A stretch of 62,869 bases of DNA, counting the filler, from Octopus bimaculoides (Eukaryota): the NCBI RefSeq assembly GCF_001194135.2. It is 3 parts of 3 records of this genome, joined end to end, with 100 filler letters (N's around TTAATTAATTAA, not from the genome) between each part and the next. Parts side by side here need not be neighbours in the genome. Positions count along the whole stretch, not along the records: positions 1 to 23,978 come from NC_068998.1; positions 24,079 to 53,893 come from NC_068984.1; 1 more part is not named here. One strand, given 5' to 3'. The notes beneath the pieces were generated by a model that was not told the origin of the DNA, made no database searches, and was given only the letters and a program-made list of their open reading frames with translations. Below, one piece after another: positions 23,341-35,556 of this stretch (its first letter is position 1; each line of letters starts with the position of its first letter). Both the position numbers and the translations under genes were made by a program.

Positions 23341-23624
23341 AACCATTTTATATTTTGATGACCTTCATTTGCAGTCATTACCAGGATTGAATGATACTGC
23401 CCAGGTGTCAAAACCATAGTGATATCCATTAGGCAGCTGATGATGGGAATGTATGTTTCATATGCTTATATTATGGGACTTCATTATTCTCAGTTGTCCT
23501 TCATTCTCATAAGGATGAATAAAGGTTTTTGGGTTCATGACTCATAGTGATTATATAAATTGATATTGCTTGATTGACTCCATGAACAATCATATTAGGC
23601 TTTGATAATAAATGACTTCCAGTT

Positions 23625-23978
23625 TTGGCAAGTTCTATGGTATATACACAAGGCAGCACGCTGTCAAAACTGTTAGCATGTTGGACAAAATGCTTTGTGA
23701 CATTTCTTTCAGCTCTTTACATTCTGAGGCTTTTTACAGTCTTCGAGTTCTTTACATTCTTGCTGAGGTTGACTTTGCCTTTCATCCTTTTGGGGTCGAT
23801 AAATTAAGTACCAGTTACGCACTGGGGTTGATGTAATCGACTTAATCCCTTTGTCTGTCCTTGTTTGTCCCCTCTATGTTTAGCCCCTTGTGGGCAATAA
23901 AGAAATAAGAAACATTAGCACACCGGGCGAAATGCTTAGTGGTATTTCGTCTGTCTTTATGTTCTGAGCTCAAATTCC
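23625..23978 (+). mobile_element. Tandem SINE-B copies
   Basis: Old head, then a young centre and tail (gactttgcctttcatccttttggggtcgataaattaagtaccag), then a second head cut by the spacer. Confidence 0.85.
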
Positions 23979-24078
23979 NNNNNNNNNNNNNNNNNNNNNN
24001 NNNNNNNNNNNNNNNNNNNNNNTTAATTAATTAANNNNNNNNNNNNNNNNNNNNNNNNNNNNNNNNNNNNNNNNNNNN
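23979..24078. other. Artificial 100-bp scaffold spacer (44N-TTAATTAATTAA-44N)
   Basis: Identical layout at 53894-53993. The 12-mer is palindromic and gives stops in all six frames. Confidence 0.95.
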
Positions 24079-24365
24079 GAAGTTGTTTTCTGCACATTTC
24101 CAGTATTTATAGCTCCAGAACATCTGCTGCAAACAAAAACTAACTTCCTAGTTAACTTTCCTTTGATATTGCTGCACCTCTTATGTGTCCATAGCTTGCA
24201 CTGGGTGCATCTTATAGAGTTACTTCCCACTCCTTTTCTACAGATCGAGCAGGGCCATCTACCTGAAGGGGTTTGTGTTTTGTCTGCCTTCCTACTTATG
24301 AGGACTTTAGTTTTAGCTAGGTTGACTCTAAGGCCCTTTGATTCTAGTCCTTGCTTCCATACCTA
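24079..24365 (-). mobile_element. RTE-clade LINE fragment encoding a Cys/His zinc-finger-like insert
   Basis: Minus-strand ...GRWPCSICRKGVGSNSIRCTQCKLWTHKRCSNIKGKLTRKLVFVCSRC, a PHD-like spacing seen in some invertebrate RTE ORFs. Confidence 0.7.
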
Positions 24366-24396
24366 AAACTTGTTGTAATTTGGTTATCTATAGTCC

Positions 24397-24432
24397 AATG
24401 ATATTTCGGAATTACAATTCCTTCTTCAGATC
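24397..24432 (-). ncRNA. Minimal type I hammerhead-like motif
   Basis: GAU-CUGAAGA-A-GGAAU-UGUA-AUUCC-GAA-AUAU-C-AUU: intact core boxes, 5-bp stem II, 4-nt palindromic stem III, weak 3-bp stem I. Confidence 0.5.
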
Positions 24433-25396
24433 TTCTTAGATGGAGTAAGAGATGATAGTCACATTGGAAATACTATTAATCATAGGCGGCTCTGTTAAAA
24501 CTGTAATAAAGCTAAGCAGCAATGACATAGCAATAAGCCAACGAGGCAGTCACTATGCAGTGACTTAGTATGCAAGAAAGAGCAGCCAAATTTATCTAAA
24601 AATATAATCTAGTATCTTAGAAAGAAAAGTAAAGTTTGGTGATGTAGTCCTAACTCTACCAAGAAAATGACTAAAAGTTCATTGCTATAATAGCGGTCTA
24701 GTTAATCAAGCCTGGTCTAGAACTAAACAACAATATACAGCATAAAAAAGGTAACAAAGAGCATGCATTATTAAAATATAAAGCAATAGAAAATAACATA
24801 GCCATCAAAGATTTTCCAAATCTCAATTGCTACATGAAAAAGTTACAATTTTATTAATATTTACATTTTTTTATGTGGTTATTGACATAGAAAGTTGCAA
24901 GGTCTTTTGAAGACTGTAGATTAAATTTGATTAATTATGCTATCTGTAAAAAGAAAAAGAATGATCTGAACAAATAGTCAGCTAGAGGAAAATATGTTAG
25001 CTAAGAAAAACATAGTCAATGCTAAGATGTATTTTGTTAGTTCTTATGTTGAAAAGTTAAATTATACAATTTGCTTGTATTCTATATAATTGAATTATAA
25101 TTCTGAATGAGTGTTAATTTTACTCATTAACCATCTGCGACAAGTGTTGTGAAGTAAAGAGAAAGCTCTTATAGTGAGTCATAATGACTATATACAGTAG
25201 ACAGATCTTGGTTAAAGACAAATTAATGTACATGGCTAGTAATAGTAACAGTCATCAAATGATCATTAAAAATATTCAGCTTCAGTCAAAGTAAAAATAT
25301 TATTTCATGAAAAGCTCTCAACTTATTTTTTTGAGTTTGATGCAAAGTATCATGTGTCTACAGCCAGTAGACTAAGGTGACATTTGTTTACTGATC

Positions 25397-26500
25397 ATAC
25401 TTCAAGAACTCTGCAGAGAACACTTGAATTCCTAGCAATGATGATTTTTGTAGGCGTTCTATCTTTGCATTTATACCAATCTTTTTAAGCCACATTGGTA
25501 GTTGAGTACTGATACTTCCAAGCATGCCAATTGATATTGGTATCACATCTACTCTCTTCGTTGCTCACAACCTGTTTATTTCCCACTTCAAATCATCATA
25601 GTTGTCCAGTTTTTTTTTCTTTCTCTTTGATCTTGTTGTCACTTGAGATATTCTATGTTGATTATCATGCAAGATTTTTTTTTATTATTTACCACAACAA
25701 TGTCAGGTTTCTGATGTCTAATCTCATGGTCACACTGAATCATTGCATCCCACAAAATTTTGCAGCCTTCGTTCTGGTAATTCTTCTAGGATTTGGCCAT
25801 ACCACATCTTTGTTCTTTGAAGGCCATGATTTCTCCTGAGTGTCCAAGGGATCATTCTTGTCACATTGACATATTATCTTTTGTAATTGCTTTGTGCTAG
25901 TTTCGGGCATTTAATAATCATGTGCCATACTGTTTCACCTCTCTCACCACACACTCTCCATTTGTCACTCTCAGTTGTTTTATCCGTTCTGCACTTCACA
26001 TAGTTTGTTCTCAATGCTTGTTCTTGTGTCTTTATCTTCAGGTCACTCCTCTGCATCCATAACCACTGGTCTTCTGTATCTGTCTTAGTGTTTGTATCTC
26101 ATGCAGATTGACATATATTTTTATTCTTTCCATGCTGTTTCTATTTTGAGTTCTTTTCCTCTTTAAATTTTCCTTTCTTTGCATCAATTATTAATTTTGT
26201 GACTTCTGCACATGTTTCAGAAATAGTTCCATGGTATTCTTACATGCTGTTTTCCTCTGCTTCTACACAATCCTGGCAACTGAAAAAACCTCTCCCACTC
26301 TTTTTTCTGGACAACCTATCAGTGTCACTCTTGGGATGGAATGCTCCGTACACTGTCAATATTTTCCTCGTCGTTGTATTCATGCTCATCAATTCTTTCT
26401 TTTGTCAGTTTATGAGTCCAGCTCTATACTGAAGTGATGTTAGTGCCTATGTATTCATGCTATTTCAGTTAGCAGGAATGTTGTCTTAAGGTTTGGTGAT
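25397..26500 (-). mobile_element. R4/Dong-clade (restriction-like endonuclease) non-LTR retrotransposon, 3' relic
   Basis: YGAFHPKSDTDRL (post-RT), QEQALRTNYVK...CGERGETVWH..KCPKLAQSNYKR (CCHC knuckle region), ILWDAMIQCDHEIRHQKPDIVVV (PD-D/E nuclease), and VIPISIGMLGS...LQKSSLLG at the C-terminus. Confidence 0.85.
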
Positions 26501-27636
26501 ATCGAGTCACCTCATTTTTCTGGTTATATGTCAAGCATTACCAGGTTAGATTTTCCTATAGAGTACTTGTAAAATGAAATATTATTACCCAAGGAAGGGA
26601 TGTCTGCAATATCCATGAGTAAACAATAGAGAAAAAGAAAGCTTCTTTAGAAACTTCTAAAATTTCATTTATACATATTACATTTTCAGACACAAAATGG
26701 CAACCACATATAATTATGCCACATGGGAAAATAGTGCAATAGCTAGAAAAAAAAATCAACACAAAATGAAAACACAGCTAAATGTACAAATGGAAGAAGA
26801 AAATAAACGGTATGGAGAACAATTATTAGAAGAAAACATCCCAAAAACTCAAATGTGTAATTTGGAAGAGAGTAATAATAACCAGAACAATGATAACTTT
26901 TATATGATTCCAAACACTACAGTCTGTTCATATAACACATTGAAAACAAACATTCCCTTGATACTAAATGAACAGACAGAATTTTCAGACCTATCATAGT
27001 TACAAAATGTTAATGTGAGAATTTTTAAAGTCCAAGAGTATTTCATTGTCTCATTGTCTCAGGAAATATTGCAGAAGAGGAGGAAGAGAAAAATTATATA
27101 TATATCTGATTTTGAAAAGATATAGGTGGGTTATGTTACCCTTAAAAGGAAGCACAAAACAAATCCTTGAGAACATATTTAGAGAAAATATCTCATTTGA
27201 GAATTCCTGATGATATGGTGCAATTTGCCATACCTTTAACTGAAGATGCATCTAAAACGCTGACTGAAATTGAGAGACATACCATGAACTATACATTTGT
27301 GCCTCAGTCCACAACAATCACAATAAGAAACACAACAATCATAATAAAAGATAGTGGACCTGATAAAAGCCCATGGCTTTTTATGACTTTTGTGTCGGAG
27401 TATGAGAGAATGGTCAAAACAGGGTTTATAGAAAAGGGATATCTCAATATGAACTTGTAAGTCCTAAGGACCCCACATGGGTCACACAGCTATGCAAGAA
27501 CTGTACCTGGTAAAAAGCACTGAGTCAATGGCCATGAGTTCTATCATATGGGTAGAAAGCTTACATAGAATTATGACTTGTATACCATTTTCAGGTTTTC
27601 TTCGACATTTTAATGCTTGCTACAAACCAAAGACAG

Positions 27637-27790
27637 CTCATGGCCTAGTGGTTAGTGTATTGCACTCACAATCACAATATCATTGTTTTGGTTCTTAAGT
27701 TGTTGGTGCCTTGTGTCCTTGAGCAAGACACTTCCTTTCCTGTTACCACAGTCCACTCGGCTCTAAATGCGTAACCCTATGGTGACCTGC
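27637..27790 (+). mobile_element. SINE-C-type fragment
   Basis: tggcctagtggttag head, gtgtccttgagcaagacact block. Confidence 0.7.
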
Positions 27791-29420
27791 ATTCCCAATC
27801 AAGAGGATTTCTAGTCAGCAAAGAAGTGCATTGTGACTTGTGGTGTGTTGCAGCATTCAATAGTCTTGTCAATACAGTGGTAAATTGATATCTACACTCA
27901 TATTTGACTAGTATTTTATTCCATTGAGTTTGAAAGGATGAAACTCAGAATTGGCTTTGGTTGGATTTGAACTCAGGATGTCAAGGGCTGTAACTGAATA
28001 CCACATGGTATTTTGTTCAACACTAGTAATTGTGAAACGTCCCCCACTCTAATTATAATGGTAATAATAATGACCATAGTACCACCATCAATTTCTCCAT
28101 GTTCACATCAATGGACCGTGTCCTCTGCACAACATAGCTTTATGCATCTCCATTTCTCACTCATTCAATGAAGGTTCTATGTAAAGTAGTTTATATGAAG
28201 AAGGACATCTAGCCATACAAAGCATGTCAGAATTGAAGCACTGGAATAGAACATAGTTCTCCACCTTGTTGAATCCTATTAAACCATCCAGCCAAAGTCA
28301 GTATGGAAAATGGATTTAAAAGAATGATGATGATAATTACGATGGTGATGACAATGACGATGAAGGCAATGGTACCACCACTAATGCAAATACCACCAAA
28401 GCAAATGTCTCTACTGCCTTTGATGATAGCTCCATTAATTATAAATTTCTGCGTGTTCATATATCTGAACCCTGTCTACTACACAGCACGTCACAATTCA
28501 TCTTAACTTCTCAAAGTGTAGCTGCACTCATATCAACCTTGTGTCATCTGATGCTAGAAGGGAGGTCTAATTTATACAAGTCTTACTTCAATGCTTCTCA
28601 AATTTCTTTTGCTCTTGATTTATCTATAATAAAGATAAAATAATTAACATTAATTGTTTGCTGTTACAAATTGTATGATAATGCCCAAGTTCATTGGTAA
28701 CTTATTTATCTAGAGATACTATCACACAGGAACTCTCTCCCCTTCTCTCTCACACGCTTTTGTGCGTTCTCTCAAAATAAAATTGTGAAAAGCTTTCAGA
28801 CTGAACTTCCAACAAATTATTCAGCTTGTATATCAAAATACCATATTCATCGTAAGTTTTACTAATTTTAGTTGCTCTATTTTTGAATTTATTAATGGAC
28901 AGCTTACAAATTATTACTTCAGCCTAAAGCTACTTCAAGATTGAGTCACTTCCCTTAACTTAGACGTCTTTGTTCTCTTGTATATAATCAGTTTATTAGT
29001 TTTCTCATTAAGTTCCTGTAAATATCTGCCTTTTTATTGACCCCTTTGATACTTACTAATAAAAATCAATAGATATTTGTCCTCATTTCCCTTCGGAGAC
29101 AGTCCATCTTTTATTAGAACTGTTGCTATTCAAAAGTGATCCATCTCATGTCTTAAAGAATACTACTCTTATAATTACAAACCAGTGCATTTATAATGAA
29201 CACAAAATAGGGGAATCTACAATCCATCAAAGTGATATGAAGTGTATGCATGTGTGAATGTTTGTATGTATGCATATCCTCCTCATCCCCTCACCCTCCT
29301 CCTCCTCCTCCTCCTCATTATCATTCTTTAAAGTTCGTTTTCCATGCTGGCATGGTCTGGACAGAAAGCTTCTACAGAGAATTGAACCCTGTACCTTTCA
29401 AATTTTGGGTGAGATGTACA

Positions 29421-29457
<37 letters not shown>

Positions 29458-29649
29458 TGATTTGGATTTGGGTATATGTCTATTAGTATATCAATTAAAG
29501 CACATTCACCATTTGGGCTACCTGATGTCATCCACTATTATGATATAATTGTCACTAGTTGTATGTCAGGAAATCTGCAGTGTGTGTTGAGTTTATAACT
29601 GATGTAGGCAGCAGAAGATGGATTTAGTACTAAATCTATCTTCTGTTTC

Positions 29650-29823
29650 CATTATCAATTGTATATATATATATATATTTATATATATATTTATATATAT
29701 ATTTATATATATATTTATATATATATATGTATATATATGTATATATATCAATTATATATATGATATATATAATTATGCATGTATGTATATTTATGCATGT
29801 ATGTTTGTATATGGATAGATAGG

Positions 29824-29915
<92 letters not shown>
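29650..29915. repeat. Compound (TA)n/(GATA)n/(GA)n microsatellite
   Basis: Direct repeats. Confidence 0.93.
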
Positions 29916-29919
<4 letters not shown>

Positions 29920-31387
29920 GAGAGTTAATAACACTCAATTAAGATATAAGATGTATAATCCAAAACATAAAAGATAATAGTTATGTAGCATTCACCAGGT
30001 ATCATTCATAAGCATCTTTGCACAATCTTTGAATTAAGAAAGGCATATCTAGGGCTGACATCAGCTAAGATACATTTGAGTATTCCTGGACCGTCTTTTG
30101 TTGCTGGGGGCTGGGGGAGGAAACTAAAATTTATGTATCCATAGATGCCTACCATCTCCATGTCACCAATATTGTCCAAAATAGAGACTGTTACTTCACA
30201 CCTGATACAACTTTGAACAAGTGTCATTGTAGGTATTATCACAACACAAAGTGCTGGAGCAGATATTGCAAGGCATTCCACTGTCCTGGATTAATATATT
30301 TATATCAACTCTCAAAGAACAAAGGGCAAAGCTAACCTAGGGTGGAATTTGAACTTGGACTGTTGAGAGTCAGAACAAATGCCTCAAGACAGTCTTTCTA
30401 ATGCTTTAATGACTTTGCCAACTTGCAACATTTAGAGAGCATATATAGATAATATTACTGTACTTGTTTTGAGAATATTCAGTAGAAGGAAGATGGGTAG
30501 TTTGTATGACTCAAGTAGTTTCTACCAGATTAGTGAGATTAATGCATTCGATATTTAGTTTAGAATTTTATACATAGGTGCCTAAAAGAAAGATACAAGC
30601 AGGGTGCATTTATATAGTTAGTTGACCAGCTAGAAATAACAGTCAAATATCTTCCAAATCATTGGATAATGTAACCTGTACACAATAAAATATATAGTGG
30701 TCATGATCAAGAAGCAGTGACTGTAGGTTTGTTCTAATGGAACTGACCTGGGTTAAATAACAAGAATATCAGCAATGACACAGGCAGTGAATAATTCTAC
30801 AGATAAACAATGCTGATGAGGAGTCTCTGGCTTCAAGCATAAGGCTAAAAAGATCAGATAAGAGAAGAGATGATAAATGACTCAGATAATTGTGAGGGGT
30901 GTGGTAAGTAACTTGCTAGACCAAAGGCCATCATAGTAGAGATAAAAGAGGCAGCAAGATGAATCAGTACTTCTAGGAGTGGTACTTAACTACTCAGGTG
31001 GTTGGCCTTTGTTTGATGTAGCATAAGCTTGTCACATTGGTGAGTAATGTTCTTATGTGGGCCATTCATGAGTTTTGATCAGATCTCAAGCAATTTTTAG
31101 TTCTAAAATGAAGCTTGGTATTTTAAGTTCAAAATGTTCAAAATATTCAAAATGTTTATTGACGAATATAGATTTCAGCTGCTGATGGCAAAAATTCTTC
31201 TTTCAGATACATCTTATTAAATGCTAAAGCCAAATCAAGGTGTTTATATGATATGCCACAGACCATGTTTTGTTATTGTATGAATATTTTAATGTTATGT
31301 GCAGCTTATTTATCTGTTGACATAGGTACTCTAAGAAGTTTAGCTCTTTAACATTTAGATTACTTCATCAAATGTTATACTGTTATT

Positions 31388-32219
31388 CATCATCGTCGTT
31401 GTCATCGTCGTCGCCATCATCATCATCATTTAACGTCTGTTTTCCAAACTATGCAGGCATGGGTTGGACAGTTTGATAGGAGCCGGCCAGGTAGAAGGCT
31501 ACACTACACTACTATATCTGTTTTTAGCATGGTCTTTATGGCTGGATGGCTTTCTAACACCACCCACCCAACACAGTGAACTGAGTGTGTTTTACCAGCA
31601 CAGGTGAGGTCAGTTTTGGCATGGTTGTTACAGCTGGATGCCTTTTAAATGCCAAACACTTTACAGTGTGGACCTGAGTGCTTTTCACACGCCACCAGTA
31701 CTGGCAGGGTCACCAAGTAACTTACAAGACAAGGAATTTTGAGAAGGGAGGGGGCATTGGAGGTGACCTTGTGTCGGATGATGAAAGATTAGAGAGTGGT
31801 AGAGAGACAGAGGCCGAAACAGGTGCCTTGCTATAGAGGAGGTACATGGTTACTTGGCCAAGAGAGAGAGAGAGGGAGAAAGAAAGAGAAAGAGAGAGAG
31901 AAAGAGAAAGAGGGAGAGAAAGAGAGAGTCAGACAAAGAAAGAAAGCGAGAGTGATAGAGAGGAAGAGAGAGGGTTAGTGAGAGAGAGAGAGAGATGGAG
32001 GGAGAGAGAGAGAGAGAGAGAGAGATGGAGGGAGAGAGAGAGAGAGAGAGAGAAGTAACAAGAAAGAAAACAGAAATATGTGTAAAGGAGAGATTGGTTA
32101 CCTAGCCAGAGGGAAGAGCAAAGGAAGGAGAGAGAAAAAGGGATAAAAAATGAGGGCAGAAACAGGTGTGCTGCTGTAGAGGAGATACATGGTTACCCAA
32201 CCAGAAGAAAGAGCAAGGA

Positions 32220-32250
<31 letters not shown>
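31388..32250 (-). mobile_element. RTE 3' UTR/family D element with internal (GA)n expansions
   Basis: Family D tail block, plus a duplicated gaaacaggtg...tagagga..tacatggttac module at about 31815 and 32160. Confidence 0.75.
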
Positions 32251-32251
<1 letters not shown>

Positions 32252-32608
32252 TGGAAGAAAGGAAGAGTGTTATACTTATATATTCACATTTTGTAAATTT
32301 AATCCTGTATTATCTTGTAGCTTTGAGATTTCAAAGATATGATTATATATTTTTAGTATGACATTGCAGGGAAGGAGTGAGATGCTGGATCAGGCATAAA
32401 ATTAGTAGAATATTTGAGCTAAGTTGAATTCTTTAGAAGAAATTAAATGTAAGCTAGTGGAACATAAAGTGATAGAAATAATGTTAATTATTGGTAAATA
32501 CTAATTAGAAGTGCACGTGAAATTTCCCAAATAAATAAATCTTTCAAAATCTATAAAAGGAATCTAAATGCAAATGAAGTTTTAAAACAAAAATATTTAT
32601 ACATACAC

Positions 32609-32610
<2 letters not shown>

Positions 32611-32700
<90 letters not shown>
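32611..32700. repeat. (TA)n microsatellite
   Basis: Direct repeats. Confidence 0.95.
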
Positions 32701-32705
<5 letters not shown>

Positions 32706-34104
32706 CTGAGAAGAAATTGAATATAACCTAGTGAAATACAAAGTGTTAAGAATTGCAAACGATAACAAAAACTAATTATTGATAAATACTATTTGGAAAC
32801 ACATTTGGGATGCAAGATTAGTGGGATATGGTGAGTGGAAAAATAAATGTAGATTTTAAAAGAACTATAAATGAACACTGCACACAAATGAAAATTTAAA
32901 CATAGACAAATATATTCTCTGTTGAAGACAAAAAACTGATGGAATTAATGTTTCTCAATATACCACATGCATGTATTATAAGTAGGCATTTTAAATTTGA
33001 GAATATTTCTCTTAAAATTCTCTCTTCCTACTCTCTCTTATATATGTGTGTAGAGCATGAAATGTATAAAACAACCTTTTAAACGATTCTGAAATAAAAA
33101 TGAAACAAGACTTTGTAGATAGCAACATTTTTTTTTTTTTTTTACATATTGTTTCTTTTATTAGTTTACCCCCTCCCATGCTACATTTAAAAGACAATAT
33201 TATATGCACACTAAAAACTAGCATTTCATCAGATATTGCCTGAAGCATCATTTATCAAGTCAAGTCTCATTTCACTATATATGATACATACATATATACA
33301 AATATGCACTAATATGTTCATATGTGTGATTTTTTATTTCATTGCCCACAAGGGGCCAACATGTTTATATGTGTGTGTGTGTATGTATATATTTATGTAC
33401 ATATATATATGCATATTTGTGTTTATATATATGTGTGTGTGTGTGCATCTAAATGTATATTTATATATGTATATACATGTATGCATCTATGTCAGCATAC
33501 ATCTACATTTATAACATATGTGAATGATTATGCATACACAAACTCACACAGACATGTATATGTACTTACCTATGATATATTTATACATATATATGAATAT
33601 ATATATGTGGACATAAACTCACATAACATCACTGAAAAGCATAGTAATACTGTGAATTATAAGTTTCAGTATATTGTGTTCTGAAACCTAGTTATTGGGT
33701 CTTGGTATAGCATATTTGATCTTGGCACTGTGTCCCCAACAGGTATGAATGAACGTTTCTCTAATCTTTCCACCTCCTCTTAATTCTTTTTAACCCGCTT
33801 TAATCCTCCTTCCACTCTCTCTGCTACATTCCCATATTTACTTACCTCTACTCTCTCCATTACCCTTTTTCTTCTCCTTCTGCATGCCTTCTCCTATAAC
33901 TTTTGTTTCACGTCAGCAGCCTGTGTTATTCTGCGTCCATTATCAGTTGCAGCCAGTTTTTTTAAGCCAAGAGGATGTAAACTTTGTTTGACATTTTTTT
34001 CTTTTTTCGAAACATTGGATATTCCACTCTTCACGGCAAATTCCCTGTTCCCCCTTTCACTTTCACTATATTTTTTCAATCTTACTGACGCAGATTATTG
34101 CCTG

Positions 34105-34135
<31 letters not shown>

Positions 34136-34447
34136 NNNNNNNNNNNNNNNNNNNNNNNNNNNNNNNNNNNNNNNNNNNNNNNNNNNNNNNNNNNNNNNNN
34201 NNNNNNNNNNNNNNNNNNNNNNNNNNNNNNNNNNNNNNNNNNNNNNNNNNNNNNNNNNNNNNNNNNNNNNNNNNNNNNNNNNNNNNNNNNNNNNNNNNNN
34301 NNNNNNNNNNNNNNNNNNNNNNNNNNNNNNNNNNNNNNNNNNNNNNNNNNNNNNNNNNNNNNNNNNNNNNNNNNNNNNNNNNNNNNNNNNNNNNNNNNNN
34401 NNNNNNNNNNNNNNNNNNNNNNNNNNNNNNNNNNNNNNNNNNNNNNN

Positions 34448-34489
<42 letters not shown>

Positions 34490-34490
<1 letters not shown>

Positions 34491-34740
34491 ATGTACACAC
34501 ACACATACACACACTCACACAGACATACACACATAAATATATACATATACATATATACATACATGCATACATATATATATATATATATACAACAAGCTTC
34601 TTTCAGATTCCGTCTATCAAATCCACTCACAAGGCTTTGGTCAGCCCAAGGCTATAGTAGAAGACACTTGCTCAAAGTTCCACACAGTGGCACTGAACAC
34701 GGAACCATGTGGTTGGGAAGCAAGCTTCTTACCACACAGT
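34490..34740 (-). mobile_element. SINE-A, 5' half
   Basis: Reverse complement of the SINE-A head and body. Confidence 0.85.
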
Positions 34741-35009
34741 CATACATAAACATTATCAATCACAAATATTTAATGTACACACTTCATGCATTTGCCAGTA
34801 GGCTACAATTTGATGTGGTGGAGAATACTCCCTCAAAGTGCTGGGTGTTTGAGAGTGTATTCTTCCACCACACGAAATCACAGCCTACCAGCAAATACAT
34901 GAAGCATGTGCATAAAATATTTGTGCTTGCTAATGTGTATTGCACTAGTGCCGTTTCTGTTTCATGTTTGAATACAACAGACAATTGGAATTTGGACAGC
35001 TCCCAACTG

Positions 35010-35093
35010 GCCAGCTTCATGTCACACAGTCCATCCATGCCAGTATGGAAAACAGACGTTAAACGATGGTGATGACCATGATGATGATGATGT

Positions 35094-35139
<46 letters not shown>
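35010..35139 (+). mobile_element. Family D tail with (GAT)n
   Basis: ccatgccagtatggaaaacagacgttaaacgatg(gat)n. Confidence 0.8.
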
Positions 35140-35161
35140 ATATGCATGCATACATACATAC

Positions 35162-35556
35162 GCAGGAGTGGCTGTGTGGTAAGTAGCTTGCTTACCAACC
35201 ACATGGTTCTGGGTTCAGTCCCACTGTGTGGCATCTTGGGCAAGTGTCTTCTACTATAGCCTTGGGCCGACCAAAGCCTTGTGAGTGGATTTGGTAGATG
35301 GAAACTGAAAGAAGCCCGTCGTATATATGCATATATATGTGTGTTTGTGTGTCTGTGATTGTCCCCCCACCATCGCTTGACAACCGATGCTGGTGTGTTT
35401 ACGTCCCTGTCACCTAGTGGTTCGGCAAAAGAGACCGATAGAATAAGTACTAGGCTTACAAAGAATAAGTCCTGGGGTCGATTTGCTCGACTAAAGGCAG
35501 TGCTCCAGCATGGCCGCAGTCAAATGACTGAAATAAGTAAAAGAGTAAAAGAGTAA
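35162..35556 (+). mobile_element. SINE-A, full length, reference copy (about 395 bp)
   Basis: tRNA-like head (tggctgtgtggtaag; gggttcagtccc), ttgggcaagtgtc block, internal (TA/TG)n, tail (gagtaaaa)n. Confidence 0.93.

Noticed and set aside
30006-30281. 91-aa minus-strand ORF and alternative exon readings
   Set aside because: No recognisable domain, several mutually exclusive weak splice interpretations, and nothing to prefer one.
30813-30845. CUGAUGA followed by a 6-bp hairpin
   Set aside because: The GAAA box is absent (AAGC), and there is no stem I or III.
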